Counted from the stretch's first letter, positions 13,101 through 22,466 are shown. The stretch: DNA of 48,083 nt from Candidatus Levyibacteriota bacterium (GCA_016217835.1 JACRFQ010000014.1:1-48083), one strand, 5' to 3'. Notes: generated by a model from the letters alone, not told the origin. Program-made: numbers and translations.

Positions 13101-13371
13101 GAATCAAATGGTTATAATCAGAGTCAATGCCTGCTTCCTTATCGTGGCGGGTGCGTTTGGTAATATAAATTTCTGCTCCGATTATTGGTTTTATGCCTTC
13201 TTCAACACAAGCCTTGTAGAAATTTATGGTGCCATACATATTGCCGTGATCTGTTATAGCAAGCGCAGGCATATTTAGTTCTTTAGCGCGCCTAACCATG
13301 TCTTTAATTTTTGAAAGACCGTCTAGAAGTGAAAATTCACTGTGATTATGAAGGTGTACAAAATCCGCCAT
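10144..13371 (-). CDS. dnaE: DNA polymerase III alpha subunit
   Basis: PHP domain HLHNHSEFSLLDG, GPGRGS, PDIDLDF, KIDFLGL, RFGLSAIKNVG. Confidence 0.97.
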   Translation of the reverse strand: MADFVHLHNHSEFSLLDGLSKIKDMVRRAKELNMPALAITDHGNMYGTINFYKACVEEGIKPIIGAEIYITKRTRHDKEAGIDSDYNHLILLAKNTQGYKNLMKIISIAGLEGYYYKPRTDLELLREYHEGLICLSACLNGFVSESLMKNQQDTAEKRAKELSEIFGKDNFYLELQKHINIPEQEVLNTKLIELSKKLGLPLVATNDNHYVESDDARAQEALLCIQTQTTLDQKDRKLSMISSPDFYIKSSEEMTGLFVQTPEAIENTVKIADMCNLEISLGKWIMPIFEVPGGITPAEYIKIKVDEGLINRYKTITDEIKERTEYELSIILKKGYETYILIVADFVNWAKDQGITVGPGRGSNAGSIVSYALGISDIDPLFFKLPFERFLNPMRPSPPDIDLDFADNRRDEVIEYVTQKYGRDKVAQIITFGTMEARGSVRDIGRVLGYPYSIPDRISKLIPLGWQGHSMTLDKALEQSPELKIAYSTEEETRKILDLARKVEGVARHASVHAAGVVIADKDITEYTPLQREANGDKIISQYDMYSIGEDGVGLLKIDFLGLRNLTIIQEALKFIEINQGKIVDFSKISFEDEKTYKLLASGETTGIFQLESPGMRRYIKELKPTTIFDLQAMVALYRPGPMANIPEFIKRKHNPKLIKYPDIRLEDVLKESYGIITFQDDLLLTAIKVAGYSWLEADKLRKAVGKKIPAEMKKEHDHFVEGCVTNGMTRDKAQNLWILFEPFAGYGFGKAHAACYATIAFRTAYLKAHFPVEFMTALLTAESRGTTGPIKNEKIAQAVAECKRLNVQVLPPDINKSGDVFTIEDNTKIRFGLSAIKNVGDAAIKNIHENRARGDFESFENFCKRVDLGTINKKTMESLIKAGSMDTFGNRAKLLIDYPQIIDKASKKKKQDIQGQTSLFGDDTFATAPLSDNPASNFADFSDNEKLAFEKEFLGFYLTAHPQMDNLIKLKDQISHTIESLEEETEQTNVVIGGIIENIKRIFTKKSGKEMAFLLIANENGITLECVIFPKIFDQYKGLLTKESVVLITGKIDTKNDKPVVIVEKIQSFGNFSA

Positions 13372-13381
13372 AAATAAAAGG

Positions 13382-14125
13382 TTAGATTATTACTGTTTTA
13401 TTTCTTCCTGTGCGTTTTGCTTCATAAAGACCCTGTTGATCTATTTTTTCAAAGAAATTTACATCATCATAGGGTTTATGAATACCGCCTCCGACACTAA
13501 CGGTTATTGGGATATGTAATCCTTGACCATCAGTTTCAACGTAGAAGGGTGATTCCCCTATTGATGTTCTGATTTCCTCTGCAACTCTCGTAAGAGCTTC
13601 TTTAGTGTGCATACCAGGCATGAGCACAACTAATTCTTCGCCACCGTATCGGTATGCTTTGTCATTTAATCCTTCAGGCCGTGTTTGTCTGACTCCCGAA
13701 TTTATGTTTTTTGATACCTCTATCAATATCCTGTCTCCGTTTGCGTGTCCATGAGTATCGTTTACATTCTTAAAATGATCGATATCAAATATTAAAAGTC
13801 CAAATGGAGCACCGCTGTTTAATAGTTCAGCGTAATCATGTGTGTATTCTCCTTTATTCCAGAGTCCTGTCATTGGGTCTTTTCTTCTTTTTTCATTCGC
13901 TCTTTCTGTAAGTTTTTCTCTAGCTACCATAGATCTGGCAATAAGGTCATCGTATTCATCCTGGGTTAAAATTCTTTTTTCTACTTTTTCTCTTTGTGTT
14001 CTTAACCAGTCTTTTGTAGCTTGAATTTGTTCAGCTGTGGAAAGCTCTCTTCTTTCAACTCCTCTTCTTTCAATAGGAGTATTTGTTTGTGTTGTTGGTT
14101 GGGGTGTTTCTTTGCCGTCTATCAT
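13382..14125 (-). CDS. Diguanylate cyclase (GGDEF domain) with a cytoplasmic helical N-terminus
   Basis: DPMTGLWN, DIDHFKNVNDTHGHANGD, RYGGEEL, LYEAKRTGRN. Confidence 0.9.
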   Translation of the reverse strand: MIDGKETPQPTTQTNTPIERRGVERRELSTAEQIQATKDWLRTQREKVEKRILTQDEYDDLIARSMVAREKLTERANEKRRKDPMTGLWNKGEYTHDYAELLNSGAPFGLLIFDIDHFKNVNDTHGHANGDRILIEVSKNINSGVRQTRPEGLNDKAYRYGGEELVVLMPGMHTKEALTRVAEEIRTSIGESPFYVETDGQGLHIPITVSVGGGIHKPYDDVNFFEKIDQQGLYEAKRTGRNKTVII

Positions 14126-15450
14126 TTTAGTTTCGCGGTTAAAACCGCCTTAATTCTTTCTGCGTCTATCTTTTCTTTAAATTGACGCATAACTCGACCT
14201 ACTAAAAACATTATAACTGTTTCTTTGCCTTTTTTGTAGTCTTGTACCGCATTTTGATTTTCATTTATTACTTTTTCAATTATTTTAGCTAATTTTTCTT
14301 CGTTAACGTCTGTTTTCTTAGTTGTTTTTATAATTTCTTCAATTAATTTTGCAGGCAAAATGATATTAATATCGATTTTTTTGTTAATTATATAATTTGC
14401 AATTTGCTTTGCAGTTAATTCGTGTTTTCTGCCGATTGTCATTGCTTCTTCGAAATAGTCTGCAAGATCTCGTGTTTTAGTTAGTATCTCGCTGTCATAT
14501 ACCGAGAGCCCATATCCGCTTTGAAATCTGAACAGTTTATAAAAAGGTAGTTCTGGTATCAAGCATTCAATTGTTGCTAAATCTTCATTAGTCCATCTTA
14601 TCGGTGGAATGTCGGGTTCCGGGAAATATCTGTAATCTGACGCTTCTTCTTTAACGCGCTGGCTTACTGTTGATGAATTTTTTTCAACAAATCCTCTGGT
14701 TTCCTGGATCGGGGTTTGCCCTTTTTCTAAAATTTCTTGCTGCCTTTTTATTTCATATTCAATTGCTTTGCCGACAAAACCAAATGAATTGATATTTTTT
14801 ACTTCAACCTTGTAGGATGGTAGTTCGGTTTTGAGTTTTGAGTTTTGAGTTTTGAGTTCGCGTAGCGATATGTTTGGTTCAAGTCTCATTTCTCCTTTTT
14901 CCATGTCTGCGTTAGAAACGCCTAAATACCTTACAATTTGTTGAAGTTTTTGTAAATATTCTTTTACTTCCTCTGCGGTTTGGAAATCCGGCTCTGTAAC
15001 AATTTCTACAAGAGGAACTCCCGAACGGTTAAAGTCAATTAGGCTTGAATTTCCTTCGTGGATAAGCTTTCCGGTATCTTCTTCCATGTGAACCCTGGTA
15101 ATGCCTATTTTTTTGCCGTTTGAAAGCTCTATAAAGCCTTTTTGACAAAAAGGCTTATCGTATTGCGATATTTGATAGCCTTTGGAAAGATCGGGATAAA
15201 AATAGTTTTTCCTGTCAAATTTTGAAAATAGGGGAATATCACAATTTAGGGCAAGTCCAATCATTACGCACCATTCGATTGCTTTTTTGTTGGGTACGGG
15301 CAAAGCTCCCGGAAGCCCCAGGCAAACAGGGCAGGTGTGCGTATTTGGCTTTTGACCAAAATAATCAGCAGAACAGCTGCAAAACATTTTACTGTTTGTT
15401 TTAAGTTCTACGTGTACTTCTAAACCAATAACCGGTGTATATTTACTCAT
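14122..15450 (-). CDS. gatB: Asp/Glu-tRNA amidotransferase subunit B
   Basis: IGLEVHVEL, DRKNYFYPD, HMEEDTGK, DYRYFPEPDIPP. Confidence 0.97.
   Translation of the reverse strand: MSKYTPVIGLEVHVELKTNSKMFCSCSADYFGQKPNTHTCPVCLGLPGALPVPNKKAIEWCVMIGLALNCDIPLFSKFDRKNYFYPDLSKGYQISQYDKPFCQKGFIELSNGKKIGITRVHMEEDTGKLIHEGNSSLIDFNRSGVPLVEIVTEPDFQTAEEVKEYLQKLQQIVRYLGVSNADMEKGEMRLEPNISLRELKTQNSKLKTELPSYKVEVKNINSFGFVGKAIEYEIKRQQEILEKGQTPIQETRGFVEKNSSTVSQRVKEEASDYRYFPEPDIPPIRWTNEDLATIECLIPELPFYKLFRFQSGYGLSVYDSEILTKTRDLADYFEEAMTIGRKHELTAKQIANYIINKKIDINIILPAKLIEEIIKTTKKTDVNEEKLAKIIEKVINENQNAVQDYKKGKETVIMFLVGRVMRQFKEKIDAERIKAVLTAKLK
14829..14856. repeat. Perfect heptamer tandem repeat (TTTTGAG)x4 inside gatB
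   Basis: Read directly; encodes LKTQNSKLK on the minus strand. Confidence 0.9.
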
Positions 15451-15486
15451 AATTTTAAATTTTCAATATTTCAATTTTAAATATGA

Positions 15487-15516
15487 TCATAAATCGTATA
15501 TCGTAAATCATAAATC
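15487..15516. repeat. Degenerate heptamer repeat TCATAAA-TCGTATA-TCGTAAA-TCATAAA
   Basis: Read directly; overlaps the gatA stop codon; a TTTTMAA-like tract lies at 15451-15481. Confidence 0.7.
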
Positions 15517-16935
15517 TGGTGTTAGTTTTCTCCAATTTTCGTTTTGTGTATTTATTTCGTATTGATGCGCGCTTGCAAGAACCAATTGTTCACTAAATTG
15601 CGGTCCGATGATTTGCATGCCGATTGGCAGTCCTGATTTAGAAAATCCAACAGGAATATTTATACCCGCTAAACCTGCAATGGATGAAGGTTCAACTAAA
15701 ACATCGGCGATTTCCCCAAACATTGAAGTATCCTTTGTCGCTCCGACGGGAAGCGCCAGGGATGGGCTGGTTGGAGCAATGATTATGTCAACTTTTTCAA
15801 ATGCTTTTTCAAAATCTTTAATAATTACGGTTCTAACTTGTTGAGCTTTGTTGTAGTATTGGTCGTAGTAACCCGAAGATAGGGCATATGTGCCAAACAT
15901 AATTCTTCTTTTTGCTTCCTCTGCGAATGACTCTCTGTCTTTTCCGTATCTGATTCCATCGTATCTTGCTAAATTTGAAGAAACCTCTGACCTTTGAATA
16001 ATTGTATAAACATCAATTGCATATTTTGGGTCAAAAAGTTTAATATTTTCAATTTTTGCGCCTAAACTTTCGAATTTTTTAATGGCTGTTTTTATTAATT
16101 CTTCAACTTCTTTATCGATACCTTTAATAAAATAATCGCTTGAAATACCAATTTTTAAATCTTTAACGTCTTTATCTAAATGTTTAGAATACTCTAAAAC
16201 TTCTTTTGGCGAGGTTGTTGCGTCTTTTTCGTCAATGCCTGCTAAAACTTCTAGAATTAAAGCGCTATCCTCAACGGTTTTGGTAATCGGACCGGGGGAA
16301 TCAAGTGAAGAACCCATGGCAATAACACCGTATCTACTTACTCTTCCGTAAGTTGGTTTTAGGCCGGTAACTCCGCACCATGACGCCGGTTGTCTGATTG
16401 AGCCTGCAGTTTCCGAACCAATTGCAGCAATGCACTGATTGGCGGCAACAGAGGCGGCGGAGCCGCCCGAAGAGCCTCCTGGTAAGTGATTTGTATCCCA
16501 TGGGTTCTTTGTCGCTCCGTAGTCGGAAGTTTCAGTAGAAGAACCATGAGCCCAGGCATCCATATTAGTTTTGCCTAAAATTACAGCACCCGCGTCTTTT
16601 AATTTTTTTACTACAGTTGCATCATATGGCGGAATATAATCGTCTAAAACCTTGCTTGACGCAGTTGTACGGATTCCTAGAGTTGAAAAATTATCTTTGA
16701 TAGCAATAGGAATTCCTAATAATGGTTTAGCTTCCAAGGCGTCGCCTTGCGAAGCTAATTCTACATCTGCCTTTCTTGCCTGTTCCAGCGCTTGGTTTTC
16801 AGTTACGGTTACAAACGCATTGAGTTTTGGTTCAGTTTTTTTCATTTGCAAAAGACAAGCTTTTGTTAAATCAACAGCAGAGAAATCCTTATTCTTTAAA
16901 CTTTCTTTAGCTTTTTGTAAGGTAAGTTTATTCAT
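15508..16935 (-). CDS. gatA: Asp/Glu-tRNA amidotransferase subunit A
   Basis: Amidase signature GGSSGGSAA, GSETAGSIRQPA, SSNLARYDG. Confidence 0.97.
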   Translation of the reverse strand: MNKLTLQKAKESLKNKDFSAVDLTKACLLQMKKTEPKLNAFVTVTENQALEQARKADVELASQGDALEAKPLLGIPIAIKDNFSTLGIRTTASSKVLDDYIPPYDATVVKKLKDAGAVILGKTNMDAWAHGSSTETSDYGATKNPWDTNHLPGGSSGGSAASVAANQCIAAIGSETAGSIRQPASWCGVTGLKPTYGRVSRYGVIAMGSSLDSPGPITKTVEDSALILEVLAGIDEKDATTSPKEVLEYSKHLDKDVKDLKIGISSDYFIKGIDKEVEELIKTAIKKFESLGAKIENIKLFDPKYAIDVYTIIQRSEVSSNLARYDGIRYGKDRESFAEEAKRRIMFGTYALSSGYYDQYYNKAQQVRTVIIKDFEKAFEKVDIIIAPTSPSLALPVGATKDTSMFGEIADVLVEPSSIAGLAGINIPVGFSKSGLPIGMQIIGPQFSEQLVLASAHQYEINTQNENWRKLTPDL

Positions 16936-17215
16936 TTTCTTTAAAAATTGCTTTTACTTTAAAAAATCCGTTATGTTTTGATTTTGTATTTGATAAAGCT
17001 TCGTTTTGCGACAGCGAGGGTTTTGCTATGTCGTCTCTTGTAATATTTTCAAGGCCTGTAACCTGACTTGTGGGTTCAATATTTTTTGTGTCTACTTGAT
17101 TAAGTTGTTCAACGTAATCAAGTGTTTCTTCAAGTTGCTTTTCGAGTTTCAATTTTTCATCCGGCAGCAAGGTAAGGTTAGCCAGTTTTGCAATATGAGA
17201 AATGTTAATTTTCAT
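16928..17215 (-). CDS. gatC: Asp/Glu-tRNA amidotransferase subunit C
   Basis: HIAKLANL, VDTKNIEPT, R-D, FFKVKAI; directly upstream of gatA. Confidence 0.92.
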   Translation of the reverse strand: MKINISHIAKLANLTLLPDEKLKLEKQLEETLDYVEQLNQVDTKNIEPTSQVTGLENITRDDIAKPSLSQNEALSNTKSKHNGFFKVKAIFKENE

Positions 17216-17223
17216 CAAGGTTA

Positions 17224-17973
17224 TTATATTGTAACTTTAAGCTTTTTAGCAATTATTAATCTTGCTTCTTTTTCATATTGATTATCAATTTTTTTAAGTT
17301 CTATTTTTGTTTTATATTTGTTTTCCAAAGCTTTTTGAATTAAAAAATCTGCTAACTTTGGGTTTTTAGGTAAAATTGGTCCGTGAAGATAAGTTCCGAT
17401 GCTGTTTTTATAAATTGCACCTTCTGTCTGATCGTTTCCGTTATTACCAAACCCTTTAATAACTTTTCCTAATGGTTTAATATTTTTTCCAAGGTATGTT
17501 TTTCCCCCGTGATTTTCAAAACCAATAAGCTTATCAAACAATTCAGAACTTGCTATTATATTGCCGATAAGTCTTGTATTTTCTAAATTTTGAGTATATA
17601 AATCAAAAATTCCAAGTCCCTTAATAATTTGTCCATCGGACTTTTTATAATAATTACCTAAAAATTGATACGCGCCGCAGACATAAAGTCCAGGTATTCC
17701 ATTTTCTATTAAATGTTTTAGATTTTCTTTTTTTGAAAATAAGTCTTTCGCAACAATTTCTTGTTGTCTGTCCTGTGCCCCTCCCATTAATAGCAGGTTG
17801 CACGTAGTAAGTAGCTTGTAGTCAAAGCCTACATTTAAATTTATAATTTTTGTTTCAATACCCCTCCATTCGCATATTTTTTGTAAGACTTTGACGTTAC
17901 CAATATCGCCATAAACATTCATAAGAGTAGGGTAGAGCCAGCCGATGGTTAATGATTTATGATTTTGTGTCAT
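17224..17973 (-). CDS. gatD: CobQ-like glutamine amidotransferase, lipid II amidation subunit
   Basis: YGDIGN, GGAQD, CGAYQFLG, GFENHGG, YLHGP; overlaps murT. Confidence 0.9.
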   Translation of the reverse strand: MTQNHKSLTIGWLYPTLMNVYGDIGNVKVLQKICEWRGIETKIINLNVGFDYKLLTTCNLLLMGGAQDRQQEIVAKDLFSKKENLKHLIENGIPGLYVCGAYQFLGNYYKKSDGQIIKGLGIFDLYTQNLENTRLIGNIIASSELFDKLIGFENHGGKTYLGKNIKPLGKVIKGFGNNGNDQTEGAIYKNSIGTYLHGPILPKNPKLADFLIQKALENKYKTKIELKKIDNQYEKEARLIIAKKLKVTI

Positions 17974-19244
17974 GATATTTTTTTGCCGATAATTAATTTT
18001 CTTACTTCAAGCATGGCAGAATAAGTAGGAAGTATGAATAATACTTCATTGTCTTTTGTATTATCAATTGCATAATTCAATGCAGTGTTTAAGTCTTCAT
18101 GGGCTTTGAATCGTAGATTTTCATACCTTAATCTTATTGCTAGGTCATAAGTTCTTTCGCCTGAAATATGAATATTTTTTATTTGTTTAAGATAATCTAA
18201 ATTCGTGTCCCAAATCCAAGAAACATCAAGGCCATCAGGAATTCTGTCGTTTAAAACAATCAGGATATTTTTAGCTTTTAAAGATTTTATCGTGGCGAGT
18301 GATTCATTAAAACTGGTTGGATTTTTTGATAAAAATATTTTTATTTTTTTGCCGTTAAATTCTAAGTCTTCCTGCCGTCCGAACGCAGGCTTAAAAGAAT
18401 TTAGCGCTTTTTGAATAATCTCATCTTTTATATTTTCCTGTTTTGCAAATAAAACTCCTGCCAAAAAATTATATTTGTTATACTCCCCTGCCAACGGATA
18501 ATAGGGGAGTGAAGTAATGCTTGTTTTGGGTTTTTCAAGTCCGCAATTTTGACATTTCCAGTTTCCCAAATGAGAAAAATATACACTTTCGTAGGTTAAA
18601 GTATTAAGGCATTTAGGACAATAAATTGAATCGGCTCCATGACTAATTTTATTATTATTTTTTTCATTTAGACCAAAATATAAAGATTTGTTTTTGGCAT
18701 TGTTAGAAAGGTATGCCACTTGCGGATCGTCTGCGTTTAATATCAATATGGTATCTTTAGAGAGATTTTTAATTGACTCTTTCCATCTTTGAATTATTGC
18801 ATCAACTTCGCCATATCTATCCAATTGATCTCTAAAAAGATTTAAAGCAATAAGATAATCAGGAGTTAAAGCTTTATTTACTTCAGGTACTGAATTTTCA
18901 TCAACTTCAAAAATTGCAAAATCATAATTTGTTTTTTTAAATAGACCGCTTGATAAAATAACAGAAGACGCAATGCCGTTTAGCAAATTTGCCCCTGATG
19001 AATTTAAAAATACTTTTTTATTATTTTCTTTTAGAATTGTTTCAATAAGTTTTGAGGTAGTTGTTTTTCCGTTTGTGCCGCAAATTACGATGATTTTTGT
19101 TTTGCTATTTAAAAAATAATCTTTTACAAAGTTTCTATTTAATTTTAATGCAATATGACCTGGCCAGGTAGAACCGTGGCCCAAGTTTAATTTTTTACTT
19201 AAAAAAGAAAAGATTTTTCCTAATAAAAGGATTATGTAATTCAT
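17970..19244 (-). CDS. murT: Mur-ligase family lipid II isoglutaminyl synthase subunit
   Basis: GTNGKTTT, NLFRDQLDRYGE, CPKC...CQNC zinc finger, KNP, DVSWIWD, TYSAM. Confidence 0.92.
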   Translation of the reverse strand: MNYIILLLGKIFSFLSKKLNLGHGSTWPGHIALKLNRNFVKDYFLNSKTKIIVICGTNGKTTTSKLIETILKENNKKVFLNSSGANLLNGIASSVILSSGLFKKTNYDFAIFEVDENSVPEVNKALTPDYLIALNLFRDQLDRYGEVDAIIQRWKESIKNLSKDTILILNADDPQVAYLSNNAKNKSLYFGLNEKNNNKISHGADSIYCPKCLNTLTYESVYFSHLGNWKCQNCGLEKPKTSITSLPYYPLAGEYNKYNFLAGVLFAKQENIKDEIIQKALNSFKPAFGRQEDLEFNGKKIKIFLSKNPTSFNESLATIKSLKAKNILIVLNDRIPDGLDVSWIWDTNLDYLKQIKNIHISGERTYDLAIRLRYENLRFKAHEDLNTALNYAIDNTKDNEVLFILPTYSAMLEVRKLIIGKKIS

Positions 19245-19245
19245 C

Positions 19246-20133
19246 TTACATCGAGCGAAGGATCCGTATTCTGTCTTCTAATGGAGGATGAGTGTTAAAT
19301 AGACCTGTAAAAAAGTTTTTTACTTTTCTATTATCAAAGGGATTTTCAATAAACAAATGAGCTGTGGCATTGCTTGCATTTTTGGGCGCAGTTTTATCTT
19401 TTGCAAGTTTTTCTAAAGCGCGAGCAAGTCCCTCGGGATATCTTGTTAAAAGCACACCCGAAGCGTCTGCCAAGTACTCTCTTTTCCGAGAAATTGCGGT
19501 TTGAATTAAGATCGCGGCAATTGGAGAAAGTATAGCAAATACAATCGCTAAAATTAAAAAAATTGTGTTTCCCTTGTTTTCTCTGGAATCGGAATAAAAC
19601 GATGCCCTGATGAAAAGATCAGAAAGAATTGCAACAAATCCGACAAGGATTGCAACAATTCCCATCACCCTAATATCGTAATTTCTAATATGCGAAAGTT
19701 CGTGTCCTATTACGCCTTCAAGTTCCGCGTCATTAAGCATATTTAAGAGTCCTGTGGTGGTGCAGACCACGGCATGCTTGGGATCTCTGCCGGTTGCAAA
19801 AGCATTTGGAGAAGCTTCATCCATTACGTAAACCTTGGGTATGGGAAGTCCAGCGGCAATACAAAGGTTTTCAACAGTCCTAAAGTACCTTGGATAATCA
19901 GATTTTTTTATTTCTTTAGCGCCCGTTGTTGCAAGAACGAGCTTATCTGAATAATAGTAGCTTCCGATACTTGTTAGTCCTGCAATTATTAAAGCAATGC
20001 CTGCATAACCGTATCCACTAAATCCGAGCGCCTTACTGAATATATAAACCATAGTTGTTATTACTAAAACAAATAACAACATGATTATCCATGTTTTATT
20101 TTTATTTGCAGAAATTGCAGAATAGATATTCAT
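19246..20133 (-). CDS. htpX: Zinc metalloprotease HtpX (M48)
   Basis: PNAFATGR, HELSH, SRKREYLAD, THPPLEDRI. Confidence 0.93.
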   Translation of the reverse strand: MNIYSAISANKNKTWIIMLLFVLVITTMVYIFSKALGFSGYGYAGIALIIAGLTSIGSYYYSDKLVLATTGAKEIKKSDYPRYFRTVENLCIAAGLPIPKVYVMDEASPNAFATGRDPKHAVVCTTTGLLNMLNDAELEGVIGHELSHIRNYDIRVMGIVAILVGFVAILSDLFIRASFYSDSRENKGNTIFLILAIVFAILSPIAAILIQTAISRKREYLADASGVLLTRYPEGLARALEKLAKDKTAPKNASNATAHLFIENPFDNRKVKNFFTGLFNTHPPLEDRIRILRSM

Positions 20134-20135
20134 AT

Positions 20136-20681
20136 TTAAAAATTAACTTTTACTTCTTTTTTTTCTGCTTCTGTTGCGCCGAAAAATTCAGCTTGCCTAA
20201 AATTTAAGAGTTTTGCAAATAAAACATTTGGGAATACTTTAAGTTTTGTATTATAGTCTAAGACTATACTGTTGTAGAACTGCCTTGCGTAAGCTACTTT
20301 ATTTTCCGTATCGGATAACTCTTCCTGAAGTTCCATAAAGTTTTGACTCGCTTTTAAGTCAGGATAGGCCTCGGCAATTGCAAATATTGATTTAAGCGTT
20401 TTGCTAAGTTCAGAATTTACTTTTGCTTTTTCTTCTACTCCCGTTGCTGATACAAGATTTGCTCTTTCTTTAGCTACTTTTTCAAAAAGTTCCTTTTCGT
20501 GTTTAGCGTATCCTTTTACGGTTTCAATTAAATTTGGAATTAGATCAGCTCTCCTTTTTAGTTGCACGTCAATTTGTGAAAGACTTTCGGAAACGCGCAT
20601 TTTTGCAACAATGATGCTGTTATACAGATACCAAAGAAAAATTATTATTGCTACTGCAAATATTAGTAATTGAAGATTCAT
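20136..20681 (-). CDS. lemA: LemA family protein
   Basis: IDVQLKRRADLIPNL, EAYPDLKA, ARQFYN, FP; GAAAGGAGGTG SD. Confidence 0.95.
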   Translation of the reverse strand: MNLQLLIFAVAIIIFLWYLYNSIIVAKMRVSESLSQIDVQLKRRADLIPNLIETVKGYAKHEKELFEKVAKERANLVSATGVEEKAKVNSELSKTLKSIFAIAEAYPDLKASQNFMELQEELSDTENKVAYARQFYNSIVLDYNTKLKVFPNVLFAKLLNFRQAEFFGATEAEKKEVKVNF

Positions 20682-20702
20682 AAGACACCTCCTTTCGTTA
20701 AT

Positions 20703-22466
20703 TTATTTATTTAACCATTCCAAGAATTCATTATACGATAAAGTGTTTAAGATGTCATTTTTTGTCGCCCAACCTCTTCTTGCCATAAATATACCGTATT
20801 TTTGTAAACCCATCTGTTCAACATCGTGACTATCTGAATTTATCACCATTTTTATATTTGATTCAACAGCCATTTTAATTATATTGTCGGGCAAATCTAA
20901 TCGTCCAGGCCAGCTGTTAATTTCTAAAGCTTTATTATTTGTTTTGCAGAATTCAAATATTTTATCCCAATCCAGTTCAAAACCAGGGCGCTCGTTTAAC
21001 ATTCTGCCTGTCGGGTGAGCGAGTATCTTTGCTTTTTTATGCGAAAGTCCGTTAATTACTCTTTTAGTCATCTCGTCCTTACTCATTGAAAAAACGCTAT
21101 GGATAGAGACAATAGCGCCATCTAAAAGATTTAAACTTTTATTATCGATTGCAAGATTGCCGTTGGGTAAGATATCTGTTTCGAGTAACTTAATTATTCG
21201 AACATCTTTCATGTTTGATTGAAGCTGATTTATGTAATTATTGCGTTTAGATAAAATTTCGTAAATTTTTTGATTAGTATGTTTAGAGACACTGGGGTTG
21301 TGTTCGGAAAATCCTAGGTAATTATAGTTTAAATCTTTTGCTTTTTTAAGCATGGTTTCCATTGTGTCCATGCCTAAATCATGGCTTGGTTCAATTGGAT
21401 AATTTGAATGAATATGCAAATCTCCCCTAAGATCGCTTAATTCAATCAGCTTAGGAAGCGTATTGTTTTCGGAAGCCTCGATTTCTCCTTTGTCTTCGCG
21501 TAATTCAGGAGGAATCCATTGTAATCCGATTGCATTATAAAACTTCTCTTCGTTACTGTATTTTTCAATTTTTCCTGATTTTATATTTTTGATACCGTAT
21601 TCGGATAAAGATAAACTCTTTTTTAACGCAAGTTCGCGTAAGGCAATATTATGATTTTTGCTGCCTGTAAAATGCTGAAGCAGCGATCCAAAGCTTTCTA
21701 ATGGTTGAATCAATAAATCGATTTGTCTTCCTCCCGATACCATAATCGAGGCTGAAATATCGCCTTTTTCAATAATTCTTTCCTTGGAAGGATAGTTTAT
21801 AAAATAGTCTATAATTTTTTTGTGGTCTTTTCCGGCAACTGCAATATCAATGTCTCCAACAGTTGAAACGCGCCGTCTAAGGCTTCCTAGAGCTTCAACT
21901 TTTTCAATTTCCGGGCATTTTCTTAAGTAAATAAGTAATTTTTCAGCTATTTCAAAAGCATATGGGAGAGGCATTCTGGTTGTTTTTCCCTTGCCTTCTT
22001 TAAATTCCTCAATGCTTCTTAATATATCTGATTGCGACTTATTGCCAAAACCCTCCATGTTAGCAATCTTTCCCGATTCTGCCAGGTTTTTTAGTTTTTC
22101 AATTACGGTTTTTGGATCGTTTAAATGAAATTCCTTTACTAATTTATAACTTTTTTTAGGTCCAAATGAGGGTATATCCATGAGCACAAATACGGATTCC
22201 GGAATATCTTTTAAAACCCATTCAAAATGTGAAACCTTGCCCTTTTTAAAAAGTTCAACCAGGTGTGATTTAAGCGTATTACCAATACCGGGGAGGTCAT
22301 TCAATTTATCTTCAAGATAGAAATCTTTTAGTTCTTGAGTAAGATTTAGAATTGTGTCGGCGGCTTTTTGATAGGCGATAATCTGAAAGCGGAATTTATT
22401 TTCATCTTTGATGATATACGAGGCTGCAACATTTTTTAAAAGTTTTGCAATTTGTTGATTACTCAT
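20703..22466 (-). CDS. polX: DNA polymerase X / PHP 3'-5' exonuclease
   Basis: MSNQQIA, HhH motifs, GSLRR-GDIDI, HFTGSKNHN, GDLHIHS, AHPTGR, SDSH. ATG 22466 preferred over the track start. Confidence 0.93.
   Translation of the reverse strand: MSNQQIAKLLKNVAASYIIKDENKFRFQIIAYQKAADTILNLTQELKDFYLEDKLNDLPGIGNTLKSHLVELFKKGKVSHFEWVLKDIPESVFVLMDIPSFGPKKSYKLVKEFHLNDPKTVIEKLKNLAESGKIANMEGFGNKSQSDILRSIEEFKEGKGKTTRMPLPYAFEIAEKLLIYLRKCPEIEKVEALGSLRRRVSTVGDIDIAVAGKDHKKIIDYFINYPSKERIIEKGDISASIMVSGGRQIDLLIQPLESFGSLLQHFTGSKNHNIALRELALKKSLSLSEYGIKNIKSGKIEKYSNEEKFYNAIGLQWIPPELREDKGEIEASENNTLPKLIELSDLRGDLHIHSNYPIEPSHDLGMDTMETMLKKAKDLNYNYLGFSEHNPSVSKHTNQKIYEILSKRNNYINQLQSNMKDVRIIKLLETDILPNGNLAIDNKSLNLLDGAIVSIHSVFSMSKDEMTKRVINGLSHKKAKILAHPTGRMLNERPGFELDWDKIFEFCKTNNKALEINSWPGRLDLPDNIIKMAVESNIKMVINSDSHDVEQMGLQKYGIFMARRGWATKNDILNTLSYNEFLEWLNK

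Noticed and set aside
20703-22466. PolX as a non-canonical inactive polymerase
   Set aside because: GSLRR and the DID plus QID aspartates appear intact.
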